From Eledone cirrhosa (Eukaryota), in assembly GCA_964016885.1 (NCBI GenBank), contig OZ024745.1, positions 32,426,001 through 32,490,000 of the forward strand: 64,000 bases of DNA, written 5' to 3'. The notes under the pieces are model-generated. The model was not told the origin of the DNA. It was given only the letters and a program-made list of their open reading frames with translations, and did no database searches. Below are positions 23,981 to 39,180 of this stretch, one piece after another. The position numbers were made by a program, and so were the translations under genes. Position 1 is the stretch's first letter. Every line of letters starts with the position of its first letter.

Positions 23981-26900
23981 GATCTTAGTAATTAGTGAAG
24001 TTCTAAAGTAGATCCCCTTTCATAAATACTGACCAAGCTCAACTTTGGAGATTTTAATTTTAACTGGTTTCTCTATTGACCAAAATTTTGTGAACTGAAA
24101 AGAGAAAAAAAAAAATAGAGTATAAATTAGAAAAAGGGATTTTCCAATTCCTCAAATCACAGTATTTGTCCCATTTGTACCAACACAGGTTAAAAAAAAA
24201 ACATTGTCCCATCCGTACTAATTGGATCTGAATATAACCCTGTTGTTATTGCTTAGCTACAGGTCAGCCTCTAATCAAGCAGACCTGTGCTCAGCATTGC
24301 AGAAGTGACCATCATATGTTCCTAGATACTCTGAGGACTGGATTATTTAATGTGCCCTCCTTTTCCAAAATCATAGAGGTGTTCTTTGAAGGAGAAAATG
24401 GTTGCTTTTACTTGCAAATTTTATGACTGTGTACTGGATCCCTCAGGCATTTGAGTTAGGTGTTCAACCATTATATCCATAAACATATTTTTTTTCCTAA
24501 TACAGTTGTACAATAGATATAGTAATTGTGGATGAGTAAACCTTTCTAATATAGGCAAACCAAAAACATGAAATGAAGATAATTATGATGATGATGATAA
24601 ACAAATTCTGTTGAATTATTTTACTGATAATTGTAGTTTTCAAATTTGTTTTTGACAATGCTTTTTGTTTTTGTTTTTTTATTTTGTTTTATCTTATTTT
24701 ACATATTTGGGTTTTCTTTTTTTTTTTCAATTTTCTTCTTTAAAATGTCCATATTTTTAGTTGTCCATAAATATAAATGATAAAAGGGAAGGAAGTTAAT
24801 CAATGCAAGTTGTCATCTAATTGTGACTGCAGATAACTGCTCTCCCTTCCTCCTTCTTATTAAGACAACTGACAGTTTGTTTGATAAGAGAATTGGTATA
24901 AAATATTCACAGAATCAGTTATTCTCCTTCTCTAAGACTTTCTGTTAAAATACGTTGTCACTGCTTCTTTCTTTAATTTGTTTTCTTTCTTCTTTGAAGT
25001 GACTTAGTTGTTTTAGACTTGTATAAACTGAATTTACAGGATGGAAAGTGATAGAGAGAGATGGGGAGGGTAGAGAAATAGAATGAGCGGGAGTGAACTA
25101 GAGGGATTGTGAAAGAAAGAGAGTGAGAGAACCAGAGTGATGGGGGGAGAGAGAAAGAGAGGAAGAAAGAGAAGGTGAGAGGGGGGGGGTCAGAAATACA
25201 GTTGAATAAGAGACATCTGTTGTATACTAATGTATTCAAAATTGTTGCAATGTCACTCATTCAAATTTTCACTTTCACTGATTTACCTTGAAGCTATAAG
25301 TGAGATACTTTTAAATGGAGCCCCTATTAGCTTGTGAGTTGCATGTTCAAATCCACTGAGTCTCTAGGAAGGTGACTTTACTTCACTTTACCTAGCTGTC
25401 AGGAATAGGTAGTAGGGTTTATGGGAAAGTTATCAATAATAGAAGTATACCATGCGTAGTGAAATATCTATCCCACACCCCATTGAGAATCAGGTACTAA
25501 ATACTAGCTTAATGGGTCCCAGAACTTTTTAAAATAATCAACTTGATGTTTTTTCAACATAACTACAACAAAGTTAATTTTATTGATTAAACAGAGATGT
25601 CCATTAATATATGATTAACTGTACTGATATCAGAGGAGAGTATATATACATGTGTGAGTGTGTATGTAGGGGGAGGGGCATTTAGTAACAAATCTAATTT
25701 GTTCCAGAACCTCATTCATTACCAAAAGTATTCATTCCATAAATTCAATTAATACTGAAAGCCTACAAAACTAATACAATTACATGATAATGAAAATATT
25801 TTTAAAAATTAATTTTTTTTTTTTTGTTCATCAACATAATCGGAATCTACATCATGTAATATGTTTCTCTGTAAAAAATGTATTTAAAAATAAACATAAT
25901 AAAGAAAAGTATGAGGAAAATAAAACTAAGGATGGTAGGACACAAAACAGTTGTTATGTAATGTTACCTAAGTTTTTCATTTGTTAATTTTGTGTGGAAC
26001 TACTCTGGAGACTAAATATAACTGGACATTAGATATTTTGAATTTAAAAGCTTCTGTATTTAATAGAGTTTACCCAGCAATAATGTTATTTTGCAGCAGC
26101 TATCTTCGAGCAATTATATTGAGACAAGTATTTCACAATGCCAAAATTAATATATATAAATTTATATTAGAATTTATAGTTTGATTAAAACTAAACTAGA
26201 AAAATAAAAATAGATAACAAAATGTAATGCAAAATAAGTGAAAAAAACTCCAATTTTTGTGAACAAATTAAATAATTAACAAGAACTCAACTATCTTCAA
26301 ATATAGATTTTCATGTAACTCTAGTCAGTTGTTCTGGTTAACAAAAAAATAAAATGTCATATATCAGAATTATGTTTTAAAAGAGAGCATTTAAAGGCAA
26401 GTTCTGTAGAATATGATCACAGGTTCTCCTGGTATGTAAAGTCTGAGAGATTTTTTGAAAAGTGGATAAAGTAAGACTCACTAGATTGGAAGAGAATGAC
26501 TTGGCCTTCTGGTTCCCATTTATAGCCACTATATTTCTTAATATCACTGAGAAAGGCGTGACAATCATATTTCATTTGTTTTTGCTTTCTTGTATCGTTG
26601 TCTATTCCATGTTTCCAAGTATTTCGTTTCTTTTTTCCTTTTCATTTGTTGTTCTGGTATTTCTGATCACAGGGAAGATTGATTGCTGCACAAGTTATAC
26701 TTGATAAACAGCAGTGGATGTAGTTGGAGTTAGCACAGTTTTTATCTTTGTTGGTTGCTCTTTTCATTTCTGCCAACGTTCTTGTTCAAACATTTTAGCA
26801 GTAGCTGAAATGACTTGATATCAAAATTTACAATCTGCTGCTTTTTCTTCCTAGAGTTTTAGGTTGATGTTGTTTATTTATTTGTTTTGTCTGTTTTCTT

Positions 26901-27449
26901 TCATAATCTGTTTGAATTGATTTTGTAATGTCATAGAGGGCATCCACTGAGTCTTTTACTGGGGTTGAGATCACCATAAGGGGGGATCTAATGGTTAATT
27001 TATCTAAACTGATGTTTGATGATGGAAGCTTTGATGCTGTTGGTGAGATAGACCACCTATTTTATATGCATGATTTATGAAAAATCTGTTAGTAAAAGCA
27101 TTAAAGTTTCTTTATGTTTAAAGGTTCATGTTTCTCATCTGTAGATTACATTTATAGAATAAGGGTGGTTCATAGTTTAAGCTTTTTTTCTTTTTAAAGA
27201 TACATTGGGATAGTCTTCTAAATAAAGACAACATAAAATAATACATTTTTTCTCCCATATATATATATGTGTGTCATTAGTACAGATTAAAGTTTAAGCA
27301 AAGAATTTCTGCTTTCACCCTATACAGAATCTTCTGAAACTTTAATCTGTACTAATAATAAATATTTGCTCTAGAAGTTTATATATACTTTTAAATATAT
27401 ATACAATCCTTACCGAGCCCACTTCGGATTTTCTCTTTTGTATTTATTA

Positions 27450-27725
27450 TCATCCTTACGGGGTCGATAAAATAAAGTACCAGTAATGCACTGGTTAATT
27501 GCTGGCCTTGTGCCTAAAGTAGAAACAATTATTATTAGTGGATTGGCAGTATCGGTAGAGTTGGACACCATGCTTTGAAGCATAGAGTTACGTCCCTTTA
27601 TGATCTGAGTTCAAATCCCGCCGAGGTTAACTTTGCCTTTCATCCTTACGGGGTCGATAAAATAAAGTACCAGTAATGCACTGGATAATTGCTGACCTTG
27701 TGCCTAAAATAGAAACAATTATTAT
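27450..27725 (+). mobile_element. Tandem family-1 SINEs (a 5'-truncated copy followed by a full copy)
   Basis: catccttacggggtcgataaaataaagtaccagtaatgcactgg occurs twice. Confidence 0.85.
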
Positions 27726-29117
27726 TATATATACACACATACATACATTGGAATTTCTTCATTGGTAAACAAGAAGAACAAATTTAAATGTGTGTGTGCT
27801 GCATACCATGGGCTTCTGTGCAGTTTCATCTGTATTTCACTCGAAAAGCATTGAAGATGCCTAAGTTACTACACGGTGGAATTAAATCTAGAGTCTTGTG
27901 AGTATGAAAGAAATACCTCCTTGTTTGAGATAAACATTCTTTAGCCTCCTCACTTATTTTGTAAAAAATAATATTATGGAAATTTATAGTATCTCTAAGA
28001 ATAATCACTCTTTTCTGATATTTCTCTAGTTTTTCATAGAGTATTTGCTTAGTTCTTTTTCTCTAGCTTATCTGTTCTTATTTCTGCTGTGGAGTGGTGT
28101 GAAGCTACCAATGTACATATGTGTCTATCTCAGCACCAATATATATATATGCATATATATATATGTATGTATATACATACATATAAGTATATATGCAGAT
28201 ATCTATGTTTGTCTATGTATATGTATATATGTGAAGTCATTTGCAGCAGACGTACAATTAAGTTTGTTATCCGCAAATTAAACTCAGATGTTACTCAGTT
28301 TCACAGGAAAAACTAAAGAAATAAATAAAGATCAGAAAAAAGAAATTCATATCACTTCAGATTCTTGTAATTCAGCTTGGCCAGTGTGATATTACAATGG
28401 TGCAGTATTACAATGGGGTGGTATGTTAAAAGATAGAGTATGACAAAATGTAGCTATAGCTAAATAGAGCAAGTAAGATGAGAAGTGATATGCAATGTTA
28501 TCTATAATGTTTTTAAGCTCTGTTTGCTAAAACATATTTTTTACAATGCACAGATTTTTTCTGACTGATGGAATACATGCACACATAATTCTTGAGTGTA
28601 TGTATCTTTGAAAATATTCAAACAATATTGGTGTACATATCTTGAAACTACAAGATGAAAAGGAAATAGATATGAAATGTATGCATTTTGTTATTTAAAA
28701 ACCAATTTAGCTATCTAAAAAACACCATCTGTTAATTATGTATACAGTTTAATATCTTTTTTTTACAATGCCCTCAGTAATAAATATATTTATAGTTGCT
28801 GGTCTATGTGCAGAAAAAACATAATATATAGTTTTGGAAGGACATACTAGTCATGGTGGCAGTGTCATGGTATATACATCATTTTGTGAGTGCTAATGGT
28901 AGAGAGAAAGCACATGGAAGCCTGTTGGATGAACTGTAGTTATAATTAAAAGGTCCATCCTTGTCACATTGTGTCACACTGATTCTACTTGTGAATGTAT
29001 TATGGGTACATGTATCTGTGGAGTACTCAGTCAATTACGTGTTGATTCAATAAATAGAAGATCCAGTGAACAACCAAACAGCTGGAAGCCCATACAACAT
29101 TCTGAATGGAAGAGTTC

Positions 29118-29154
<37 letters not shown>

Positions 29155-29349
29155 ATGAATATAGCAACTATATAGCAAGTGTAAAATAATATATAACTCA
29201 ATTTCTACGTGGAGAATTATATATGATAGTATATAATTGCCAAAAAGTTTCAGAATTAGCTCAGTGTTTTTATGTTATTGGTTGGAAGAATAAGGAGATT
29301 TTTTGGAGGGAAAAACAAAGTTTGGAAAGACAGACACAAACATAGAGCT

Positions 29350-29475
29350 ATATGAGCAGAGGGGAGAGATGGAAAAGTAGTTTTAAAACAATTTTAATAC
29401 CTTACACATTTTTCGAGTGTGTAAGATATTAAAATTGTTTTAAAACTACTTTTCCATCTCTCCCCTTGCTTATAT
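29350..29475. repeat. Near-perfect hairpin, about 50-60-bp arms
   Basis: ggggagagatggaaaagtagttttaaaacaattttaata...tattaaaattgttttaaaactacttttccatctctcccc. Confidence 0.9.
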
Positions 29476-29658
29476 ATTTATATATTTGAAAAGTGGGAAT
29501 ACCAAACACAGGATATAAATGTAACCACATTGGATTGCTATGTCTATAGGAGTATTTTACCCCTCATAGCAATCAATGTTTATTACAGTTATTTTCTATG
29601 TTTGGGATTTTTACATTTTCAAATCACCCAGCGTTTCAATAATTAATAAGATATGTAT

Positions 29659-29698
<40 letters not shown>

Positions 29699-30104
29699 GG
29701 TGGCTGCCAACTCGTTTTCGAGTACGGCCACTACTTTATATCCATGTAGGAGAACCCCTATCGATGCGCTCAACGAGTGTGACTTTTTAGTCCAGCCAGC
29801 GACTTGAAAACTCTGGTACAAACACTACACTTGTGACAATTACTGACACATAGTGCTGGGCCCATGGTACCATGTGACGACAAGTGCAGAGAGATCTCCA
29901 GATATAAAGCAATGCCTGTGCCGTGAAGCTTTTATAGTGAGCAAAGGCACTGCACAAAGCCAGTCCCACTCTCTTAACCAAGATGATATTTACCAAAAAG
30001 AAGAACAAGTCAACATCATTGGATACCATCAGGGTTGCAGGTGTTATATCAGAGTTTTCCTTCTCCTAGAATTCTGCCTTGACAAAGGCTAAGGGGTCAT
30101 CTCT

Positions 30105-30440
30105 ACATATACATACATATATACATGCATACACACACATGTATATATATACACGCACACACACATACATATATATACATATATATATACATACACATAC
30201 ATATATACACATATATATATACATACACATACATATATACACATATATATATATATACATACACATACATATATACATGCATACACACACATGTATATAT
30301 ATACATGCACACATACATATATATATATATACACATATATACATACACACACACATATACACACACATATACACACACATATATATATATACACACACAT
30401 ATATACACACATACACATATATATATATATATATATTATG
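30105..30440. repeat. Compound (TA/CA)n microsatellite
   Basis: Direct reading. Confidence 0.95.
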
Positions 30441-33400
30441 ATAAAAGGGGGTCAAGATTAAATAGGTCAAGAATAGTGGCACAAGCAGATATAGGACACA
30501 TGACTTGGCGTAATGGTTTGATAGAATATAGTATGATAGGAAACATGTCAACTTGAAAGATCTATAAGAGATTGTATGGGCTAAAGAAAAGATCATTGAG
30601 AAAGAGGTGTAATACAAGAATAGATGAAGTCTAATGGTATACAGAGATATATAAGAGGGAATACGACTCAGTGGAATTGTATAACACACCATTAGGGAAA
30701 GATATTATACAAAAGGAAGAATTATAAGACAAGAGGTTACAAGGTATAACATCTTATGTCTTTTATCATATTTTGTATAATATGATACAAAATATGATAA
30801 AAGACATGATAGAAATTGTAATAAAATATTTCATATGTGGGTATATGAGTTAGTTCTTATTTCTCCCAATGCTAGTCTTCTAGAATTCATTCCTTGTTTG
30901 AAAAGAACGTCAATTGTATCTATTGCACTGGTCTTAGAAAACTTACAAAGGTCATAGACGAAACCATTAAAAAAAACAAGACATCAACCTACGTTTTAAA
31001 GCAATTGTGTGATTGAAAATAATCTATAATACAAATTGAGTGGTAGGGAATATGGCTTATGGATATAATTGGTATGAAATACATGAATCGCCTCAAAGAT
31101 GGGAGTAAAATACCAAAGACGAAATGTCATATTAGAGATATTATATAATGGAGAGAATTGCACACACCCACAAAAGAAAAAAATAACAAAGAAAACCATA
31201 ATTTGAAGAGTATGAAATATGACATAAACTAGAATATTATGATAAAAGAACTATGATATGGAGGAGAGATATGACAAGAAGTTGTTATCCAAGAGAAGTT
31301 ATGATTATTGGTAATGAGTTCTGGTGCCAGAGGGGTGGTACTAGGTGAAGCAGAGTTATGTCAAAATTTATATAAGTCAAGAAGAAAGTTTGTAGGGAGT
31401 TATGGTGCATAAGTGGGAATAACACAGAGAGCAATGAATATGATATGTTTGTTTCTGTAATTTCTCAACATTGAAACTGAATATAGAAACTTATTGCGTG
31501 AAGTTTGTTTACCATAAAGCAGCTGATTAGATTCATTTTAGCATTGGTCTTAGATGTGTTGTCATCCCAAATTCAGTTATATATTTTCGCTGGAAATGTC
31601 ATTTGTATTTAGATATAACACAATATAAGCTAAAAGATTGACATTAAGTTGTAAAGAACTCCTTGTGATTGAGTAAATCCAGTAGCAAAGTTAATTAAGA
31701 TAATAGTAATTTTATTGTTTGAGAATGATAACTACATCAGTTTCTCATTACTTAGACTATTAGTTGAACTTAATATTTCAAAGTATAAAATATAAAAATA
31801 CATTTGTTAATTATACTGTACTCCCTCTACATACATTAAGTAACCTGTAGCTGAGTGGCAGTGAAAGGATTGGTTAAGCCACGATGTGAACATTCCTTTC
31901 TTGGCACTTTAACATAACCAATTTAAAGAGAGAAAGTTAACTCAGTACTTGACTTTATTCTTCAACTTCAAAGGAAGGAAAAGTAAAGTTGGTCTCGGCA
32001 TGATTTATACTCAGAACATAGAATAAATAAATTCAAAAGCATTATATCTGACACTCAAATGACTTTGCTAATTCCTCACCTGAATCTGACAGACTATAGT
32101 CATGACCACCCCATTTCATTTTCTTCTTTCTTTAGGTCTATATTATTCAATGAGTACTTATTTCTTAGTAGGGTGTGATTTGAGGGGAATTTCATTGCTA
32201 TTTTAGCAGGTCAAATGATGAAATAGAAGTTCCCTCATTGACTTGCAGTTTAATTTTCTAGCAACTTTTCCATCTGCAGCAGATAAACAAAGAAAAAATA
32301 TTCTGTATTGAAATTTTTCTAAAAATTCAGATACTCATCTGAAAATTTAAAGAAAAATAAAGGCAATGAGAGGTTTTTACTTTTTAACTTAATACATCTG
32401 GAGAGAACAGAGAGATCAAAGCTGTTAATATTCCATTTTAATTGTTGTTGCATATCTAGTTGGTTTAGAATGACTTAGAAATATAATTAGAAAAAACGGA
32501 AAAATATTAAGTTGTGTTTGTTAACTGTAGAGCAGGAGATAAGATCTTGGCAAACAGAGAGTATGATACAATTTGGATTTAATCTGAAGCCATTTTACTT
32601 CTCTTATATTGCTAATGTATTGCATTTTACTGCATTCCTAGGCATATACATATCAGTCTAAATATATTACTAAGATTATCTTTGTGGCTAATTAACAAAC
32701 ATTTACTGTTCCAAATAAAGAGATATGCAACAATTATATGAAATTTATCTTGAGTACCAAAGATGAGTGTTTGAGAATACATATGCATGAAATGAAGTCC
32801 CAATGGGAAATATCTGTTTATGAAAGGATTCTTTAACTTCAGCTCATTAGTCACAGAATCCCATTTTATAAGAGATGAGGAAAAATCAAGCACTACATGA
32901 TGTTAAATGAAAAAAAAGTGGCAAGTTATATTGAATAGATGTAAGCTTTCACTCAATCTAGTCAATGACTCATTTTTTATTCCCATTTGTGGATATTTCC
33001 TTTCATTTCACTTATATCAGAGTGAAAAAGGTCGAGTCAGTAAAATATTGAGTAATTGACCAAAAGGTATTAAGACACTTAACTAATAAATGACCCAGTT
33101 TACCTAACTGGAAATAGGTACTGCCAGATAGGAACAGCTTGTCACTGTAAACATCAACAGAAGTGTAAAACTAACAACTGGTTCTTTAGTTTGTAGTGAT
33201 GAGTTTAACTGCTCCTTGGAATATAGCTTTGAATTAAATGTATGCCATCACAGACTATCTCTAGCTACACTGCATGAAAACAAGTTTGTCACTGATGTCT
33301 CTATATATTCATGTATTATGATAGACACTACATATCGTTAATACCTCTGAGAAATCCTAAACATCAGCCACATAATCATAATTCTACTCTTTGGGGCTCG

Positions 33401-35689
33401 GTGTTAATGCAATAAATTAATCAGTTTAATATCTTGATCCTGATCTGCTATATATTTAACCTCTAGTTTTGTACTCTATTGGTAAACATAAACAGGAAGA
33501 AATAGATACCGTGCTCAAGAATGCAAAACACTGTTTATAACAATAGATGCAGCTAAGACATCAGAATGTTGACCAGATACAAAGTGATGTAAACTTCTAT
33601 GATGTCCCCAATGCTACACTTTATTATTAACTCTTAATGTCTTGTAACACAAGAAACCACATTACCAGAACATTCTTGAAAAGTAAAAGCTAAACGAAAA
33701 CACAATATGCCTGCATCATATGAAACATTAAAGCCTTTACCTCAATACTGCAAATTTTCACGACTTTTCCACTAGTAAAGATATCATAGACATTTGAATT
33801 GACAAAGCTGTTTTTATATATTTTCAACTAAATCATTACAGAATGTTAATAGTTAAGTAGTGTAGCAAAGGCAGTTTTTTATCACTTGTCAGTAAAGGAA
33901 GGACAGCACCCATGACCTTTTCAAATACTAGGAACAAGTTATCCTCAAATTGGAAACTTAATCTGAATGCTTGTTGCAAAGTGGACTTTACTAAAATCAC
34001 TAAAAATCATTTCGAATGGCTCAGTCCACTTGACTGTAAACAGTCTCTCTGGAGAATTTTATTTATTCAGGTTACTACAGCAGACATTGATTACTCTAAT
34101 GAATATTTTGTTAGCTTTTAGTTTTGAATTCAAATCTCATTGCCAGTTTCTGTAATAGACAAGGATCTATTGCATCAAGATATCTCAACATGGAAATTCA
34201 TCTTTGTTGACTGATTAAATCTGTGGAATCTAAGATAACCTCCAACTTACTGTGCTTACTAAATATCATGGATTTTAAGGGAAGATGATATACATAACAG
34301 TCTAAAGTGAATGACATTGCTCAACATTGCTTAATCAATTTGGTTGAACAAGAAATTAATGTAGATTACTTCATTTATTCATTAAGAAGCTTGCAATATA
34401 TGTTCTGTGATGACATCACAGCTATGAAAACCAGTAGGAAATAATTTGTTTTAATAATTCCCAGTGCATGTAATGCCATTTCCTCTGATCAGGTTATTTT
34501 CAGCTTGTTACTGACAACAACAATTGTGCTACAGATTAATATTAATTGAGAATGTCATCCAAGGAATCCTACAAATGATATGAGTGCCATAATTTCTCAT
34601 AGGAAAAGATTGAAGACAAGGCTGAAAATATTAATAAATAATAAGGTGATCAGTGGAAGCCACTAAGAGATTCTCTTTTCATGTATTTATCATCTGGTTA
34701 TATTTATGATATCTTCAGACTTTATAGCTAATTTACAGCAACAACAAAACATCAAGGTCTATAAACTTCCTCATGATAATGGCAGCATATCTAAACTGAT
34801 AACTAGCATGGCTATAACTGCACTTTGAAATGATCTCAAAGAAATATATTACATTATCATTAGCAATTTTTAAGTGGTTTTGCTATGATAATTACGTTAT
34901 CATTGTCAGATAGCATTATTCAATTCTGCTCAAATATATATCTAATATATATATATGATACCTAGGTTTCTGATCTGGGATTGATTATCCAATGTTTATT
35001 GTAAGGTATGCTGATTAAAGATTGAGTCTTAACATATAGTATCTGCTATAAAGAATTAAAGGTGCTCATTGATGTTTGCTGTAAGAGATTTTATTACTTT
35101 CCTGACTTGTTTTGGTGAAGGTGTTGCTTATAATATTCTTGAATTAAAAGTAGCAAAGAAATATTTCAGTAAGATTTTAGGAAAATTTTCATAAACATTA
35201 AATTCCTTGTAGTATGGTGGCATTTTAATAAAATAAGTTATTTTACAAGATAAGTTTTAATTGATAGATGGAACTCTAAAACATTAAAATCATTGAGAAA
35301 TTGATGTATGCCTCTCTTTTTCGTTCCCTGGTTCAATAATTATGAACTTTCATACTTAAGTCATTTGAGTATCAAGTCATCAGAAGGTAGCTCTAATTTA
35401 CGTTTGGGACTTATGTATCACTTGTATCAGTATTGTTTTAAGTTGAGGTATGTACATTTCATATTTTCACTTCCATTCTTCCATAAATCTAATTAATCAC
35501 ATCTATGTAAAAGGAATCATCATTATCTTGAATAAACTTGCAGGCTTTAATCCTTTCATTTCTAATTAAATACACTGTATTTGGATTAATTAGCGAAGAA
35601 TTTAGAGGGGTTTACTAAAATTATTAATTGTTTCATTATTAAGATGTTATTCGTAATATGACTTAATAAAAAAAAAAGCAATCAATAGG

Positions 35690-36850
35690 TCGCACTGCTG
35701 GCGTGGATTCCCTTGAGACTATGTCACTATCCAATTCTACTGTTCATCATGTTCGGCAGATCAGAGGGATTGCAGTTTGTGATTAAAAAAAATCTCCTTG
35801 ATATAGGTCTTGGCTTGTCATCCTCTGATAGCTCTTCCTTGTGTAGACTCCCACAAAAGAACTTCACTAACAATTTCGTCTTTACTCCCCAGAAATGCCT
35901 TGACTCTATGCTCTTTGATGACATCTGATAATGGGTGAAGGTTCCCATGCAGCCACTCATTGGTCAGACAATCTTGCCAAGTAACATTCAAAGCCACCCT
36001 TAGCTTGTGAGTGTAGGCTCCATCTAATCTTCTTTCCAATTTTGAGGTAAGGGTCCATGCTGAGCAGCCATACAATAAAACAGAGATAACAGTTGTTTCA
36101 AAGAGGCTCCTTTCATGTTGTCTGGAAGTCTAGATTTCCACACTCAAAATAACTTGATGACCACCCCACCTTAAAAAGGTGTGCTTACATTACTTTCGCA
36201 GCTAGAGACTTTACTACCCAGATAAGTAAATTCTACACAGTTGAGAGGTATACCAGATGCTGTTTTGATTTTGATTGTTCCATTTTGATTTAAGCTATGT
36301 ATTCTGTTTTGTCTGAGTCAACATGGAGACCAATACCTTTGGCTGAATGTTCATGACTATGGAGAAGGGATTTTGCTTGGCTTATTAAATCAGGGGGTAG
36401 TACTAAATCATCAGTGTAATTTGCATCTGTGATTTTTATGGCAGGATTTCTATTGCTCCTTCATGGATGTAGGGTGGATGTATTGTCTTTAATGGTATCG
36501 ACAGAAGTTTTGGGAACGTAATCCAAGCAAATGATCAAGATATATAGGGTGCTAAAGTGTTACTTTGTCACACTCCCACAACAATTTCAAAGAAATCTGT
36601 ATTGCCATCTGGAGACTATACCATTGAATATGTGTTTTTGTAAAACATCACAATGGCTTTTACTGTTTAATTTGGATACAGCCCTTAGTCTATGTTTCTA
36701 TCCATCATTCTAGAACTTCAAGAAAATATCATTAAATTGTTTGATATGCCTATACAACAAATATCAGACCAACTCAATATCAAATCGGAAGACGAAACTG
36801 TTTTCAAAACATTGAAATCGAACAGAGCACCTGGCCTTGATGAGTACCAC
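35690..36850 (-). mobile_element. Decayed RTE-like LINE RT region
   Basis: Minus strand LYGCSAWTLTSKLERRLDGAYTHKLRVALNVTW. Around 36410 reads TDANYTDDLVL (degenerate YADD), and near 36220 an FTYLG motif. Confidence 0.8.
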
Positions 36851-38241
36851 CTGGGGTATGGAAAACCAAACATGACTTAATATAAGGCTCTGATATACAG
36901 TTATGTTGGAGGATTTTAATTTAAATAGGAAAGCCTTTAAAATGGATGGGTTTTGTTTCATAGACATGAAGATGGTTTTGAGTGGGCTGGTATCAAAAAA
37001 GGATAATATTGATTTCTTATAATATAACAAATACAAGATAAGAAAAGTTATGAAGTGATATTTGGTTTGGTAGAAATTTACTCTCTACATCACAACTAAT
37101 GCACCAATGATGAGATTATAACAGTTATGCAATGTGGTGAGTAAAACTCACAATAATGTGGAAGTTTCTGGTGAAAGAAAGTTTGGGTCCTAGTCGAAAG
37201 CATTTAGAAAATATATGAATGTTTATAACTTCTTATTTCTGCTTATCTAAAAACTGTGTTTGATTTCAATAAATACCAGAGAGAGCAGAGAAAGAGAGAG
37301 AGGAGAGAAAGAGAAGAGACCAGAGAGAGAGAATGAAATGCATGTAATAATTACAAGTATTCAATTCAAATCTATTATGTACATTTTACCAAGTATTTGA
37401 GCAGTGTACTTGGTTTATTCAGCAGTTGGAAACAGTTACCTTCACTAGACTAACACCATAAAACCTGGAGTTAAGCATCAGTCCTTATGAGCTTGGGACT
37501 TTGAAAGCATAATAAAACACTTAATGAGTTCAAAATGAATGAGTTCTTATGAATCCGGGACTTTGAAGAAATAATGAATCAGCTCTACCAAGCCAATTTT
37601 TCTTCTTTTTTTTCTCTCTAGAAATACCCTATAATGACAAAAATATTAGTGTCTTTATCCTCTTCATCAGGGAGAGAAGAGCAGCACACATGGTCCCTTA
37701 TTTTTATTCTCTGTGGTTGATAGGAGAATGATAGGAAGTTATCATCAAACTAGAAACCTGGTGGAAATACTTTCAACAAAGTGTGCTCCATTAAACACAT
37801 TGAAAGACCAGTCTGGTAGTATTAAACCAGGTAATGGGCTCACTTTACCATCAAAGAAAAATCTATCATCCAAAATAAGTCTACCACATAAGAGAAGTTG
37901 TGAAAACCCAATGGCATACAGAATTTTACAAATATAATTAACTTACCAATATGAAATTGTTTATTTATTTTATCATTACATTTTGTTCTTTTGTTTTTAT
38001 TTTTAAATAAAATACTGTCTAAGATACAGTGATTGTAAAATTTACCAGGGCAACGATATGAAATCTTGTTACATTAGCAGTATTATATTTCTCCATGATT
38101 CAGTAAACTGGATTAGAAAATAGATACTGATACTCCACCTTTGTATGGTTCACATTATGAAAGGCTTGTAGCTGTTAAAACATTCTTGCCCTAATGATTC
38201 CTATACAAATATCAGAGCATTCAACTCACAATATATCATAT

Positions 38242-38272
<31 letters not shown>

Positions 38273-38666
38273 GGGTGCATGCTGTTTGATTCCAAGCAGA
38301 TATGTGCAGCTTTCCAGTTGCCTTTTCCACAACTATTCAAAATGAACAGAGAGATGGAAATGGTAGCAGAATGTAGTGCCACTTCGAGTGCCTACCCCAA
38401 CTCTTGAGAGAAGGGGCACAGTGCTACAAAAAAGAAGATAATAGAAGTTGAAATACAGATAGCTCTTGTTGTATGAGTTACAAATAGCCCAGTTTGGGTG
38501 GTCTATCTTACAAGGCTTATGCAGATATGCCAGATATGTTCACTGGTGTCCTGGCAGCAGTTTTCTGCAACTGGCAGGAGAATGAGAGAATTCCCAGTTC
38601 TGCAACACAGAGTTTAAGATTTTAGTCAAGGTGCTATCATGGAGGCTGGCACTTGTCATTCATTAT

Positions 38667-39180
38667 TAGCAGTATCGGTAGAGGGTCGGATGCCATGCTT
38701 TGATGCATAGAGTTACGGTCCTTGCCATTCTGAGTTCAAATCCCGCCGAGGTTTACTTTGCCTTTGATCCTTACAGGGTCGATAAAATAAAGTACCAGTA
38801 ATGCACTGGGTAATTGCTGGCCTTGTGCCAAAAGTAGAAACAATTATTAGAATGAGGTGGATTATTAGGTCGGTGGATTGGAAATATTGGAAGGAGGTTA
38901 GCTTTGCCTTTCATCCTTACAGGGTCGATAAAATAAAGTACCAGTAATATATTGGGGATAGATTTAATCAATTTTCCCTAACACCACAATTGTTGGCCTT
39001 GCATCTAAATCAGAAACGATTATTAGAACAACAGAATTGGCAGTGACAGATTAAATGGCATGCAGCATTTAAATACATCAGTTTATATTCTGAGTTCAAA
39101 TTCTCGGAAAGTTGGTTTCACCTTTCAACCTTCTGGAAGCTCCTAAAATAAGTTACAGTGAAGTACTGAAGGTCAATTCA
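38667..39180 (+). mobile_element. Cluster of three family-1 SINE copies of differing divergence
   Basis: Repeated ctgagttcaaat and gggtcgataaaataaagtaccagtaat motifs. Confidence 0.8.

Noticed and set aside
26380-27060. Minus-strand coding-like stretch (possible decayed pogo/Tigger transposase)
   Set aside because: Multiple stops and no diagnostic motif readable by eye.
33000-34900. Possible decayed DNA-transposase region or hidden exons
   Set aside because: No sustained frame, catalytic motif or consistent splice pattern found.
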